From Dickeya dadantii NCPPB 898 (GTDB taxonomy: Bacteria > Pseudomonadota > Gammaproteobacteria > Enterobacterales > Enterobacteriaceae): a stretch of 32,000 nucleotides of DNA. The stretch lies in the NCBI RefSeq assembly GCF_000406145.1, contig NZ_CM001976.1:2353543-2385542 (forward strand), read 5' to 3'. Position 1 is the stretch's first letter. Each line of letters begins with the position of its first letter. Made by a program: the position numbers and the translations under genes. The notes under the pieces were generated by a model that saw only the letters and a list, made by a program, of their open reading frames with translations, searched no databases and was not told where the DNA came from. Positions 9,752 to 18,859 of the stretch are shown here, in pieces.

Positions 9752-10666
9752 ATGAATATCGAACTCAGACATTTACGCTACTTCGTTGCCGTAGCGGAAG
9801 AACTTCATTTTGGACGAGCCGCTGAAAAGCTGCATATATCCCAACCTCCGCTCAGCCAGCAGATACAGGCGCTGGAAGAGCAGATCGGCGCCCAGTTGCT
9901 GGAGCGCAATAATCGCAACGTGCGCCTGACCCAGGCGGGCGAACTGTTCCTGAAGGAAGCTTGGGCGATCATCAATCAGGTGAATCAGGCGGCGGAGCGC
10001 GCCGCCCGCATCCAGCGCGGGGAAATAGGGGAACTCAATATCGGTTTCACCTCGTCGGCGCCTTTCGTCAAACAGGTTTCGCGCAGTTTGTTGCAGTTTC
10101 GCCAGAGCTACCCCGAAGTGCATATCCAGATGCTGGAGATCAACACCAAACAGCAGATTGAGCCGCTGCTTGACGGCAAGCTGGATCTGGGCGTGATGCG
10201 CAACAATCCGCTGCCGGAAACGTTACGCCATCAGCTGTTGTTGCATGAACCGATGGTCGCAGTGGTACATGAAGAGCATCCGCTGGCCGCCGCTCCCGGC
10301 GGTCACATCAGTATTCAGCAACTGGCCAGTGAGCCGTTTGTTTTTTTCGCCCGTGAAGTGGGTACCGCGCTGTACGACGAGGTGCTGACGTTGCTCAAGA
10401 AATACGGCATTACCCCTTACATCACTCAGGAGGTGGGCGAGGCGATGACCATTATCGGCTTGGTGTCTTCCGGTCTGGGGGTGTCCCTGCTGCCGGCGTC
10501 ATTCCGCCGTATTCGGGTTGATGGCGTCAAATACCTGTCGTTGCAGGAAAAAGACGCTATCAGTGAAATGTGGTTAGTTACCCATCAACATCGGCCGTTG
10601 AACACCGCCGCTCAGACGTTGATCACACTTATGCTGGGCAGTACCGCCAAAAATATGTGCGGTTAA
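9752..10666 (+). CDS. ynfL: LysR-family transcriptional regulator YnfL
   Basis: 304 aa with N-terminal MNIELRHLRYFVAVAEELHFGRAAEKLHISQPPLSQQIQALE HTH. Divergent from ynfM and upstream of mlc, as in E. coli. Confidence 0.85.
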   Translation: MNIELRHLRYFVAVAEELHFGRAAEKLHISQPPLSQQIQALEEQIGAQLLERNNRNVRLTQAGELFLKEAWAIINQVNQAAERAARIQRGEIGELNIGFTSSAPFVKQVSRSLLQFRQSYPEVHIQMLEINTKQQIEPLLDGKLDLGVMRNNPLPETLRHQLLLHEPMVAVVHEEHPLAAAPGGHISIQQLASEPFVFFAREVGTALYDEVLTLLKKYGITPYITQEVGEAMTIIGLVSSGLGVSLLPASFRRIRVDGVKYLSLQEKDAISEMWLVTHQHRPLNTAAQTLITLMLGSTAKNMCG

Positions 10667-10727
10667 TCACATATCGAATCAAATATTTGACGGCTATTTA
10701 CAAAAGCCCCACCATAGCCTCAGTTTT

Positions 10728-10749
10728 TTATTTTACAGCGTAAAAAATA
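10728..10749. promoter_or_regulatory. candidate Mlc/NagC-type operator upstream of mlc
   Basis: TTATTTTACAGCGTAAAAAATA has inverted TTTTAC/GTAAAA arms within a TTATTT-N9-AAAAAT layout, 34 bp before the mlc start. E. coli mlc is known to be autoregulated. Confidence 0.45.
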
Positions 10750-10782
10750 CCGATTACGCCTATTCGCAGGAGCCGTTTCAGA

Positions 10783-12000
10783 GTGATTGTCAGTGGTCAG
10801 CCGGGACACATCGATCAGATTAAACAGATGAATGCAGGTGGCGTTTATCGGCTGATCGATGAAAATGGCCCCATCTCCCGCATTGAGTTGTCAAAACAGG
10901 CCCAGCTTGCTCCTGCCAGCATCACCAAGATTGTGCGCGAACTGATGGAAGCCCATCTGGTCCGGGAAACGGAGTATCAGGATATGGGCAGTCGCGGGCG
11001 CCCGGCTATCGGTCTGGTGTTGGATACCGAAGCCTGGCACTACCTGTCGGTACGGATCGGCAACCAGGTGATGACGCTGGCTCTGCGCGATCTCAGCGGC
11101 CATCTGGTTGTGGAAGAGCAGGTTGATTTACCGACGGAACATCCACAGTCGCTGCTTGACCGCATCCTGGCTGAAATCGACCAGTTTTTTATTCGTCATC
11201 AGCGCAAACTGGAGCGCCTGACGGCTATCGCCATCACCTCGCCGGGAATGGTGGATTCATCCACCGGTATCATCCATCGTATGCCGTTTTACGACGTGGA
11301 AGAGATGGCGATCGGCCCGGCACTGGAAAAGCGCACCGGCGTACCGGTCTATTTGCAGCATGATATCTGCGCCTGGACTATGGCGGAGGCGCTGTTTGGC
11401 GCGTCACGCGGTTGCCAGAACGTCATCCAGATTGTCATCGACCATAACGTGGGCGCCGGCGTCATTACCGGCGGCCGTATCCTGCATGCCGGTAGCCGAA
11501 CACTGGTGGAAATCGGTCATACTCAGGTCGACCCTTACGGCAAACGCTGTTATTGCGGTAATCACGGTTGTCTGGAAACCGTCGCCAGCATAGAAAGCAT
11601 GCTGGAACTGGCCCAACAGCGCCTGAAAGGGTCAATGAGTTCGCTACTGCACGGATCGCCGTTAACGGTAGAGTCGTTGTGCGACGCCGCGCTGAAGGGC
11701 GATCAACTGGCGAAAGATATCATTGTTGATGTCGGTAATAACGTGGGGCGGATTACCGCCATCATGGTTAACCTGTTCAATCCGGAAAAAATTCTGATCG
11801 GTTCACCGCTGAATCAGGCCGCCGATATCCTGTATCCCGCCATCATCGACTGCGTTCGCCGCCAGGCGTTGCCGGCCTATAGCCACCACCTGCAGGTGAC
11901 GTCCACCCATTTCTACAATCAGGGGACCGTGCCTGGTGCTGCGTTGATCAAAGATGCGCTCTATAACGGCTCCTTGCTGATTAAACTGATGCAGGGCTAA
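10783..12000 (+). CDS. mlc: ROK-family global regulator Mlc (DgsA)
   Basis: 405 aa with a GTG start. QPGHIDQIKQMNAGGVYRLID, LAPASITKIVRE and HTQVDPYGKRCYCGNHGCLETVAS (zinc motif) are colinear with E. coli Mlc. Confidence 0.94.
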   Translation: MIVSGQPGHIDQIKQMNAGGVYRLIDENGPISRIELSKQAQLAPASITKIVRELMEAHLVRETEYQDMGSRGRPAIGLVLDTEAWHYLSVRIGNQVMTLALRDLSGHLVVEEQVDLPTEHPQSLLDRILAEIDQFFIRHQRKLERLTAIAITSPGMVDSSTGIIHRMPFYDVEEMAIGPALEKRTGVPVYLQHDICAWTMAEALFGASRGCQNVIQIVIDHNVGAGVITGGRILHAGSRTLVEIGHTQVDPYGKRCYCGNHGCLETVASIESMLELAQQRLKGSMSSLLHGSPLTVESLCDAALKGDQLAKDIIVDVGNNVGRITAIMVNLFNPEKILIGSPLNQAADILYPAIIDCVRRQALPAYSHHLQVTSTHFYNQGTVPGAALIKDALYNGSLLIKLMQG

Positions 12001-12188
12001 TCGTTAATCAATCGCGCAATATCAATATCGTGCAATATTCATGTACGCAAAGCGCGGTTTCCCGTTGACCGACAAAACATTGCGCTAACGCAAGCCGCTC
12101 CGGCGGCCCATCCCCTAGACTTTGGACTTCATCAGTAAGTTTTTTGAGGTTTATTTTTTCAGGTGGGGCCTGCCGGAGTGGTGTTTTC

Positions 12189-12860
12189 ATGTTAAAGCGT
12201 ATGTTTGTTACAGGAACGGATACAGCCGTAGGAAAAACGGTAGTGTCGAAGGCGTTATTACAGGCGCTGACGAAAACGGGCAAAACCGTAGTAGGTTATA
12301 AACCTGTAGCCAAGAGCTGTACGGAAACGGAAGAGGGGCTGCGTAACAAAGATGCGCTGGTGTTGCAGGAAGCGTCGTCTATCCCGTTGTCTTATCAGCA
12401 GGTTAATCCGGTGTCGCTGCAGGAAGATGAAATCAGCGCCAGTGAGCTGGAGATCAATTACTGTGCAATGACCGAAGGGCTAAACCAGCTCAGCGAATTG
12501 TCGGATATGGTGGTTGTCGAAGGCAGCGGTGGCTGGCGTACATTGATGAACGACATGCGAACCTATTCGGAATGGGTGGTTCAGGAACAACTGCCGGTCG
12601 TGCTGGTGGTCGGGATCAAACTGGGTTGCATCAACCATGCGCTGCTGACGGCGCAAGCCGTTATTAACGATGGGCTACCGCTGGTGGGCTGGGTGGCGAA
12701 CCGCATCAATCCCGGTTTGGCCAACTATGCCGAAATCATTCAGGCTCTGCGCGAAAAAATCCCCGCGCCTCAACTGGGCGAATTACCGTATTTGCCCCGC
12801 GCCGAGCAGCGGGACCTGTCCGCGTACATTGACCTTTCCGCTATTAACCAGTCGTTCTAA
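12189..12860 (+). CDS. ynfK: dethiobiotin synthetase paralog (BioD2/YnfK)
   Basis: Start moved to ATG 12189 (MLKRMFVTGTDTAVGKTVVSKALLQAL versus E. coli YnfK MLKRFFITGTDTSVGKTVVS). Contains a P-loop and sits adjacent to mlc, as in E. coli. Confidence 0.9.
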   Translation: MLKRMFVTGTDTAVGKTVVSKALLQALTKTGKTVVGYKPVAKSCTETEEGLRNKDALVLQEASSIPLSYQQVNPVSLQEDEISASELEINYCAMTEGLNQLSELSDMVVVEGSGGWRTLMNDMRTYSEWVVQEQLPVVLVVGIKLGCINHALLTAQAVINDGLPLVGWVANRINPGLANYAEIIQALREKIPAPQLGELPYLPRAEQRDLSAYIDLSAINQSF

Positions 12861-12873
12861 TCTGGCAAACATT

Positions 12874-12908
12874 CCCTGTTCCTTATCCCAAAGAGCAGGG
12901 TATTTTTA
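12874..12908 (+). terminator. rho-independent terminator of ynfK
   Basis: CCCTGTTC (12874-12881) pairs with GAGCAGGG (12893-12900, one G-U pair) and is followed by TATTTTTAT. Confidence 0.6.
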
Positions 12909-12909
12909 T

Positions 12910-12937
12910 AACAACACCCGATTAACAACACCCGATT
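12910..12937. repeat. perfect tandem duplication, 2 x 14 bp (AACAACACCCGATT)
   Basis: Read directly: 12910-12923 equals 12924-12937. Confidence 0.9.
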
Positions 12938-13102
12938 ATCCGTACCTGCGCGCTCTTCACTCGACTGAATGAAGGGCAAAAAAGGGAGAACCCTGTCCCC
13001 CTTGTAATCACCAACCAGAGTCACCAACCACAGCGTTGGTATCAAGCCTTTGTATTTTTTAGCTGTTTCACTGCCATTGGCAACGCGTTTTTTAGAAACC
13101 GG

Positions 13103-13390
13103 TCAGCGAGATTTACCGGCCGGCGACGTAGGTTGAGACAACATATCGTTGTCATCCGACAGACGGATATAGACGATTTTTTGCGTATCCTGTTCGCAAT
13201 GGCCAACAACCTGCCCGCCGTGCTGACTGACCTGATCATTAGGCACAATATCCAGCTCGAAACCCGATTCAGGTACACCGTTGGCGATAATCTTACGGGC
13301 GATATCATCACGAACACTTTCACAGGACGCTTGTGCCAGGAACGGTGTAAGCAGCAGTAACAACGCACCGGTCAGTATTGTTTTCTTCAT
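13103..13390 (-). CDS. DUF1161-family secreted small protein (YnfD-like)
   Basis: Start moved to ATG 13390, with AGGAGG 7 nt upstream. 95 aa with a signal peptide MKKTILTGALLLLLTPFLAQA and the motif string SCESVRDDIARKIIANGVPESGFELDIVPNDQV...GGQVVGHCE, as remembered for YnfD/DUF1161. Confidence 0.7.
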   Translation of the reverse strand: MKKTILTGALLLLLTPFLAQASCESVRDDIARKIIANGVPESGFELDIVPNDQVSQHGGQVVGHCEQDTQKIVYIRLSDDNDMLSQPTSPAGKSR

Positions 13391-13408
13391 CACATCCTCC
13401 TGTCGAGT

Positions 13409-13449
13409 CAACGGGTTTACCCGCCCAGCGTGAGCCGATAAACCCGTTG
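13409..13449. other. 11-bp perfect stem-loop between ynfB-like and ynfD-like genes
   Basis: CAACGGGTTTA (13409-13419) pairs with TAAACCCGTTG (13439-13449) across a 19-nt loop. There is no U-tract on the transcribed (minus) strand. Confidence 0.4.
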
Positions 13450-13467
13450 AAAGTATAGGTCAAAAAA

Positions 13468-13827
13468 TCAAGGCGTTACTGGGCGGCCAGAGCGACGGTC
13501 AAGACAACGCGATGAACTGGGTTCCCAGTAAGCATTGAAGTTGGAACTGGCTTTGCATTTCTCTTCAAGCGCTTCGGCCATATCGGCCTTGTCAAAATCT
13601 CTGTCCGCCTTGTCGACGCGTTTTTCGAGATGCTTGTTGAGCTTATTACGCAAGGTGCGTGTTTCGTTCCAGTCTTCGCTGCTCTGACGCGCCGCTTCTT
13701 TGGATAACGCACTGTTGCCGTTATCAATAATGATATGTTGCGCGGCCTGTGCAGACTGCAAGAGACTCAAACTAAACAGCGATGAAGTAAGAAGAAGGAG
13801 TAGTAAGTTACGTGTTTTTTTCTGCAT
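13468..13827 (-). CDS. ynfB: UPF0482/DUF1283 secreted protein YnfB
   Basis: 119 aa with a signal peptide. The C-terminal string NFNAYWEPSSSRCLDRRSGRPVTP and WNETRTLRNKLNK match remembered E. coli YnfB ([23 protein letters not shown]). Confidence 0.85.
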   Translation of the reverse strand: MQKKTRNLLLLLLTSSLFSLSLLQSAQAAQHIIIDNGNSALSKEAARQSSEDWNETRTLRNKLNKHLEKRVDKADRDFDKADMAEALEEKCKASSNFNAYWEPSSSRCLDRRSGRPVTP

Positions 13828-14102
13828 GTTTCACCCAGACAGGAATTCTGTAAATACGTTCGTTGTCATAACCAAGAATCATTACGTTGACTATAACATC
13901 CGCCGCCATAACCAAACTATAACCGACCCGAAATATTCAGGAATACGCCTTTGCCGTCCACACCCGGCAGCGCGGCTATATCCCTGAACAGGGTCACCCA
14001 ATGAACAGCAAAGACCGAGTTTGATCTCTTAATCACCCCGCGCTGTTGGCGTACGGCGTGGCAATGGTTAACCGCTGCCGCGCCGAAATGCAAAGGCAGG
14101 GG

Positions 14103-14852
14103 TTACTCGTCGCGATTAACCTTCAGGCCGCCGTAGGTTTGGCTCACCGGCATCATTTCCAGCGTGTTGATGTTTACGTGAGCCGGCAGCGTCGCCACCC
14201 AGAATACCGCTTCCGTCACGTCTTCCGGCGTCAATGGGTTGGATTTGTCATAAGTCTGGCTGACCTTGGCATCATCCCCTTTGAAACGTACGGCAGAGAA
14301 CTCGGTTCCCCCCACCAGACCCGGCTCGATATTGGTTACCCGCACCCGGGTACCAGACAGGTCGGCGCGCAGCCCCAGACTGAACTGGCGCACAAACGCC
14401 TTACTGGCACCGTAGACATTCCCACCCAGATAAGGCCAGTTGCCGGCAGTGGAGCCGATATTAATGATATGACCGACATTGCGCTTCACCATTTCCGGCA
14501 GCAGCGCATGGGTCATGAACACCAGCCCTTTATTGTTGGTATCGATCATGGTTTCCCAATCGCTGACGCTGGCTTTGTGCGCCGGCTCCAGCCCTAACGC
14601 CAAACCGGCGTTGTTGACCAGCACGTCAATATTGCGCCACTCGGCAGGCAGGGAGCCGATGGCCTGCTCGATAGCCTGTCGATCGCGCACATCGAGACGC
14701 AGCGTGAGAAGCGCCGCGCCAAACTCAGCTTTCAGAGCATCAAGACGTTCCTGGCGGCGGCCCGTGGCGATAACCTGATGACCTTCCTGAATAAACCGCC
14801 GGGTAATCGCTTCACCAAATCCCGCCGTTGCGCCGGTAACAAAAATAATCAT
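14103..14852 (-). CDS. ydfG: NADP-dependent 3-hydroxy acid dehydrogenase (SDR) YdfG
   Basis: Start moved to ATG 14852 (MIIFVTGATAGFGEAITRRFIQEGHQVIATGRRQERL), giving 249 aa. Colinear with E. coli YdfG through ...LPAHVNINTLEMMPV. Confidence 0.93.
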   Translation of the reverse strand: MIIFVTGATAGFGEAITRRFIQEGHQVIATGRRQERLDALKAEFGAALLTLRLDVRDRQAIEQAIGSLPAEWRNIDVLVNNAGLALGLEPAHKASVSDWETMIDTNNKGLVFMTHALLPEMVKRNVGHIINIGSTAGNWPYLGGNVYGASKAFVRQFSLGLRADLSGTRVRVTNIEPGLVGGTEFSAVRFKGDDAKVSQTYDKSNPLTPEDVTEAVFWVATLPAHVNINTLEMMPVSQTYGGLKVNRDE

Positions 14853-15226
14853 GCGTTTTTCCTCTTTCATTCCTGACTGCAATTACTGACTGCAATGATC
14901 CTGAGCAACCCGATGACGCTGTGCCACTTACTCCGTGCCGCTTTATCGCAAAGAGCCCATCTCATCGTTCGCGGTGATACCACTATGACAATGAGCATAC
15001 CTTAACCTTATCGCTATCTCTATGTCAGCATTGATCTTTTCGGGAAGCCTCGCAGGCGGGGTATCTCCTTGCTGTATTTTGCAAACATAACCTCGGGAAG
15101 GATCGCAGCCCGGCTAAAACAGGTTTGCCACCCGCGGTTTTTTCGCACTATATTGTTTTGTCGAGGTAATTGGTTTTTTGGGGCAATTATTGGCCTGGAT
15201 ATTGATAACACTGGTAAGGAATACTC

Positions 15227-15997
15227 ATGGAAAGCAGCAAAAGTCACCAGCAGTCCGTCGAAAAACAGTTTGGCGAGCAAGCCAGCGCCTATCTGAGCAG
15301 TGCCGTTCACGCGCAGGGAGAGGATTTGGTCGAACTGGCTCGACGTCTGAAGGGTAAGAACCATGTCAGCGTGCTGGATTTGGGCTGCGGCGCCGGTCAT
15401 GTCAGCTTTACCGTTGCCAGCCTGGTCGGCAACGTGGTGGCATGCGATTTGTCGCCGCGTATGCTGGATGTCGTCGCCAGCGCCGCGCAGGAAAAAGGCC
15501 TGACCAATATCCGGACGCAACAGGCGATGGCGGAATCCTTGCCGTTTGCTGACGATAGCTTTGACGTGGTGATCAGCCGCTATTCGGCCCATCACTGGCA
15601 GGATGTCGGGCAAGCCCTGCGGGAAGTGAAAAGGGTGTTGAAACCGGAAGGAGAAGCGATTCTCATGGATGTGATTTCACCTGGGCACCCGGTGCTGGAT
15701 GTGTATCTGCAAACCGTAGAAATGCTGCGCGATACTTCACACGTACGTAACTATACGCCGGGTGAATGGCTGACGCTGCTGAGTGAGGCCGGGCTGACAG
15801 TGCGTTCATTGCAAACGTCGCGCCTGCATCTGGAGTTCCAGAGCTGGGTGACGCGCATGCGAACTCCTGAGCATTTTGTCACTGCCATTCGCGCTCTGCA
15901 GCAACAGATGTCTGCCGAAGTCACTCGCCATTATGACATTCGACAGGATGGCTCCTTCACCACCGATATTGCTTTTATCGTCGCCAGCCAGGGTTAA
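15227..15997 (+). CDS. class I SAM-dependent methyltransferase (Methyltransf_11-like)
   Basis: 256 aa with SAM motif I VLDLGCGAGH and the post-I/II pattern ...VACDLSPRML...FDVVISRYSAHHW...LKPEG. Confidence 0.85.
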   Translation: MESSKSHQQSVEKQFGEQASAYLSSAVHAQGEDLVELARRLKGKNHVSVLDLGCGAGHVSFTVASLVGNVVACDLSPRMLDVVASAAQEKGLTNIRTQQAMAESLPFADDSFDVVISRYSAHHWQDVGQALREVKRVLKPEGEAILMDVISPGHPVLDVYLQTVEMLRDTSHVRNYTPGEWLTLLSEAGLTVRSLQTSRLHLEFQSWVTRMRTPEHFVTAIRALQQQMSAEVTRHYDIRQDGSFTTDIAFIVASQG

Positions 15998-16000
15998 GTT

Positions 16001-16021
16001 TATCGCCCCGTCGGGGCGATA
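16001..16021. terminator. GC-rich hairpin between convergent genes (possible bidirectional terminator)
   Basis: TATCGCCCC-GTC-GGGGCGATA, a 9-bp perfect stem, lies between stop 15997 (+) and stop 16029 (-). U-tracts are poor on both sides. Confidence 0.45.
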
Positions 16022-16028
16022 CCTTGAG

Positions 16029-17255
16029 TCAAGCATCGTTCATTTCCTGATTATCTGCCTCAACGGCATCGTACAGCCGCTCCAGAATATCAGGGAATGC
16101 CGACTGAACCCGGTTCCAGCTGGGTACAAACGGTTTATCACCCGGACTTTCGCTGTAGGCCTGGCCCGACTGGGTAATGACATTGGCAAACAGTTCTACT
16201 GCCGATTCCTCGGTATGCCGGTCAAAATGCAGGCCGTTCATGCGCGCATCGTGTTCAAACGAATCGATCATATCCAGTGCGGTGCGGTAGTAGGTGGCGC
16301 GCAGCACCCGGAATGAATCGGTAGTGATATTGACGCCCTGAATCGCCAGTTTGCGGTACAGCGCTTTGGTGATGTCCATCGCCATACGCTGCAACCCGGA
16401 GCTGGGGTCGTTTTCTGATATCGGCTGATGTTTGTGATCATAGTTATCGGCAATATCCACCTGGCAGATACGACTGGTCGCCGTTCCCCGATGGATTTCC
16501 GACAGCATTCCGATTTCCAGCCCCCAGTCGCTCGGGATCCGTAAATTACGCAGTACATGGCTGCGCATGGCGAATTCGCCGGATAGCGGATAACGGAAAC
16601 TGCGCATATAGTCGAGGTAATCCGAATTACCGTAAACGCTTTGCAGCGATTTCAGCAGCGGGAATACCAATAGCCTGCCAACACGACCGTTCAATTTTCC
16701 CTCGGCTACCCGGGCGTAGTAGCCTTTACAAAAGTCGTAATGAAAATAAGGGTTGGCGATCGGGTAGAGCAGGCGTGCCAGCATGGCGCGGTCATAGGTG
16801 ACAATGTCACAATCATGCAGCGCAATACACGCGGTACGGCGCGACGCCAGAGTATAACCGACGCAAAACCAGACATTGCGACCTTTTCCCTGTTCCACCG
16901 GCGCCAGTTCCTTGTCTGCCAGTTCCTGGCTGAGCCGGGTCAGTCGAGGTCCGTCATTCCACAAAATGCGGTGCCGCTGTGGGAGACGGGAAAAGAATTG
17001 CCGGGCAAACAGAAACTGATCGCGGTCCGCCCGATCAAGCCCGATGACAATCTCAGATAGATAGGGAACCTGGGCCAGCATATCGACGATCTTGTCCAGC
17101 GCGGGTCCTTCCAGTTCGGAAAACAGGGAAGGGAGGATCAGCCCCATGCTGCTCTGACCAGAAAACACCTGCAGCTCGTATTCCAGTTCCTCTACACTGC
17201 GTCGGGTAAGATTATGAAAGTTGGTGATAATACCATCCTGATAAAACTCGCTCAT
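16029..17255 (-). CDS. glycosyl-3-phosphoglycerate synthase (MpgS/GpgS-type glycosyltransferase)
   Basis: Start moved to ATG 17255, with GGGGGAG 7 nt upstream, giving 408 aa. Length and strings (GLILPSLFSELEGPAL, GKGRNVWFCVGY, ALHDCDIVTYDR, PLSGEFAMR) fit the mannosyl-/glucosyl-3-phosphoglycerate synthase family. It lies 17 nt downstream of a cognate-type phosphatase gene. Confidence 0.75.
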   Translation of the reverse strand: MSEFYQDGIITNFHNLTRRSVEELEYELQVFSGQSSMGLILPSLFSELEGPALDKIVDMLAQVPYLSEIVIGLDRADRDQFLFARQFFSRLPQRHRILWNDGPRLTRLSQELADKELAPVEQGKGRNVWFCVGYTLASRRTACIALHDCDIVTYDRAMLARLLYPIANPYFHYDFCKGYYARVAEGKLNGRVGRLLVFPLLKSLQSVYGNSDYLDYMRSFRYPLSGEFAMRSHVLRNLRIPSDWGLEIGMLSEIHRGTATSRICQVDIADNYDHKHQPISENDPSSGLQRMAMDITKALYRKLAIQGVNITTDSFRVLRATYYRTALDMIDSFEHDARMNGLHFDRHTEESAVELFANVITQSGQAYSESPGDKPFVPSWNRVQSAFPDILERLYDAVEADNQEMNDA

Positions 17256-17272
17256 GTTGCGCTCCCCCTTTG

Positions 17273-18106
17273 TCAATCAAGCAGTTCAACCCCATAACGG
17301 CTGAGAAAGTAGGTTAATCCTTCACTCCAGCCAGCCGGTCCGGTAGCCTGAGTGCGATAAGACTGACCACAATAACCAGGTGACAATGTCACTTTATCGC
17401 TAACCCGTCCCTTAATGATGACGGCATAGTCGGTTGCCTCCAGCAGTGAAATATCATTCGGTCCATCGCCTAAACCGAGGGTGACTGGCGAAGCATTACC
17501 AGTCGCGTCAATATGCCGCTTCAGCCAGTTCACGGCGGTGCCTTTACTGATGCCTTCATGCATCACGTGGAAAAAGCGGCCGCCCTCGGTCACCGACAAA
17601 TGTTTTTGGACCAGACATGCCTTAAACATGTCGAGTGATGCCGCATTTCCTTGCCACAGCACGGGTTCTGACGCGGTGCGCTGGCGAGCCAGTGCCGCTT
17701 GCGACAGCGTTAGTCCGGTAGCTGCCGCCACGGCGGCATCGTCCATATCGGCAAAACCGTGGAACAGGAAACCGTACTGCTCGCGTAACGTCTGCAACTG
17801 CCGGCAAATGTCGGGATAGGTACGGTAAGTTGGCGGCGGCGATGTCGACGAACGCATTTGCCAGGATACCGGTAGCAGAATATGAGCGCCGTTTTCCGCG
17901 ATGGCGGGCATGTCGTGCAATGCCAGCGCCTGCTGAATCGGCATAATTTCTGCCGCGGTTTTGCTTGTCGTGATGACTACCGGCACACGGTGAGACAGTA
18001 GCCGTCTCAGCCAAGGGCGAGCCTCATCCCAGCGATAGGTGTCGTGATCCAGCAGTGAACCATCAAGATCAGTAAAAATGACCCATTTTTTAGCCGATTC
18101 AGGCAT
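17273..18106 (-). CDS. HAD-IIB mannosyl/glucosyl-3-phosphoglycerate phosphatase family protein
   Basis: 277 aa with HAD motif I FTDLDGSLLD, motif II ITTSKT and C-terminal GLGDGPNDISLL. This resembles MPGP/YedP-type phosphatases. Confidence 0.8.
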   Translation of the reverse strand: MPESAKKWVIFTDLDGSLLDHDTYRWDEARPWLRRLLSHRVPVVITTSKTAAEIMPIQQALALHDMPAIAENGAHILLPVSWQMRSSTSPPPTYRTYPDICRQLQTLREQYGFLFHGFADMDDAAVAAATGLTLSQAALARQRTASEPVLWQGNAASLDMFKACLVQKHLSVTEGGRFFHVMHEGISKGTAVNWLKRHIDATGNASPVTLGLGDGPNDISLLEATDYAVIIKGRVSDKVTLSPGYCGQSYRTQATGPAGWSEGLTYFLSRYGVELLD

Positions 18107-18366
18107 TTCGTCTCCTATAAGCGCTCAACAGGTAGCGATTTATCCAGAGTACGGCACAAGACAAACTGACATGCGGATCGGGCAGGAAACGCTATTTGCC
18201 TGATTATTCTGATGAAAATGATTTGAGTGCTTTATTAAGCCTATGCGCAGATCACAGTTTTCGCAAATTCATCGCCAAAATGACCGTTGAAGTAAACTGC
18301 TGGTAAAAGATTAGGGCTGAGCATAAGGTAAAAGCTATTGATGGACTCAAGCTAAAGACATTTTCC

Positions 18367-18819
18367 ATGACGATCAAGACGCAAGATCTGCGGCTAATCA
18401 CGGCCAGTAAAACCGATTACCGATGGATAGAGGAGTTAAGCAGATCAAATATGATGGATAACTATCGGCGTTATGGCCTGATCTGGAATGGAGAACGTTA
18501 CGGTAACTTACTGCATTCACTCGATGTATTGGTTATCTGTTCTCACCAACAGACCGCCGGTTTTGTCAGCCAGCTGATTGATAGCCAGGATTCGTTTTGC
18601 TTGATAAATGATTTGCAGCTTTACCCACAATGGCAAGAAAAAGGGATTGGGAAATGGGTATTAGAACAAATCGAAGGGCGAGTACAACAGCAGGGGTTAA
18701 AAAGCCTTCGCATTTGTGTCTTTCGGGATAACCCGGCCAAAGGCCTTTACCAGCGTCATGGGTTCAGGCAAGTCAGTGAATCGACGGAGATCCTCAGGCT
18801 GGAAAAAACATTAAGTTGA
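18367..18819 (+). CDS. GNAT-family N-acetyltransferase
   Basis: 150 aa with an acetyl-CoA motif A-like QEKGIGKWVLEQIE...GLKSLRICVFRDNPAKGLYQRHGF. Confidence 0.8.
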   Translation: MTIKTQDLRLITASKTDYRWIEELSRSNMMDNYRRYGLIWNGERYGNLLHSLDVLVICSHQQTAGFVSQLIDSQDSFCLINDLQLYPQWQEKGIGKWVLEQIEGRVQQQGLKSLRICVFRDNPAKGLYQRHGFRQVSESTEILRLEKTLS

Positions 18820-18859
18820 TTGACCAGCCCGAACGCCAGAACCCGCCTGATCTCATCTT

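Noticed and set aside
12008-12283. 91-aa minus-strand ORF between mlc and ynfK
   Set aside because: It overlaps the ynfK start and SD region antisense, with no signature. The synteny mlc-ynfK leaves no gene here in E. coli.
14873-14896. Direct repeat CTGACTGCAAT x2 (14873-83 and 14886-96) upstream of ydfG as a regulatory iteron
   Set aside because: It is real in the sequence, but short and without supporting context. It could be a simple duplication in the 5' UTR and was not promoted to a finding.
15020-15613. 197-aa minus-strand ORF
   Set aside because: It overlaps the SAM methyltransferase gene antisense and extends into the promoter region. It has no recognisable motif, whereas the plus-strand gene has clear SAM-binding motifs.
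18242-18269. Weak dif-like string TATGCGCAGAT-CACAGT-TTTCGCAAATT left of the GNAT gene, which would have placed GNAT inside a second dif-bounded module
   Set aside because: Only about 7/11, 2/6 and 6/11 matches to the three dif parts, which is indistinguishable from chance.
18367-18819. GNAT as a toxin of a GNAT/RHH (TacT/AtaT-like) toxin-antitoxin pair
   Set aside because: No small antitoxin ORF lies upstream or downstream. The 260-bp upstream region holds only ORFs of 4-10 codons.
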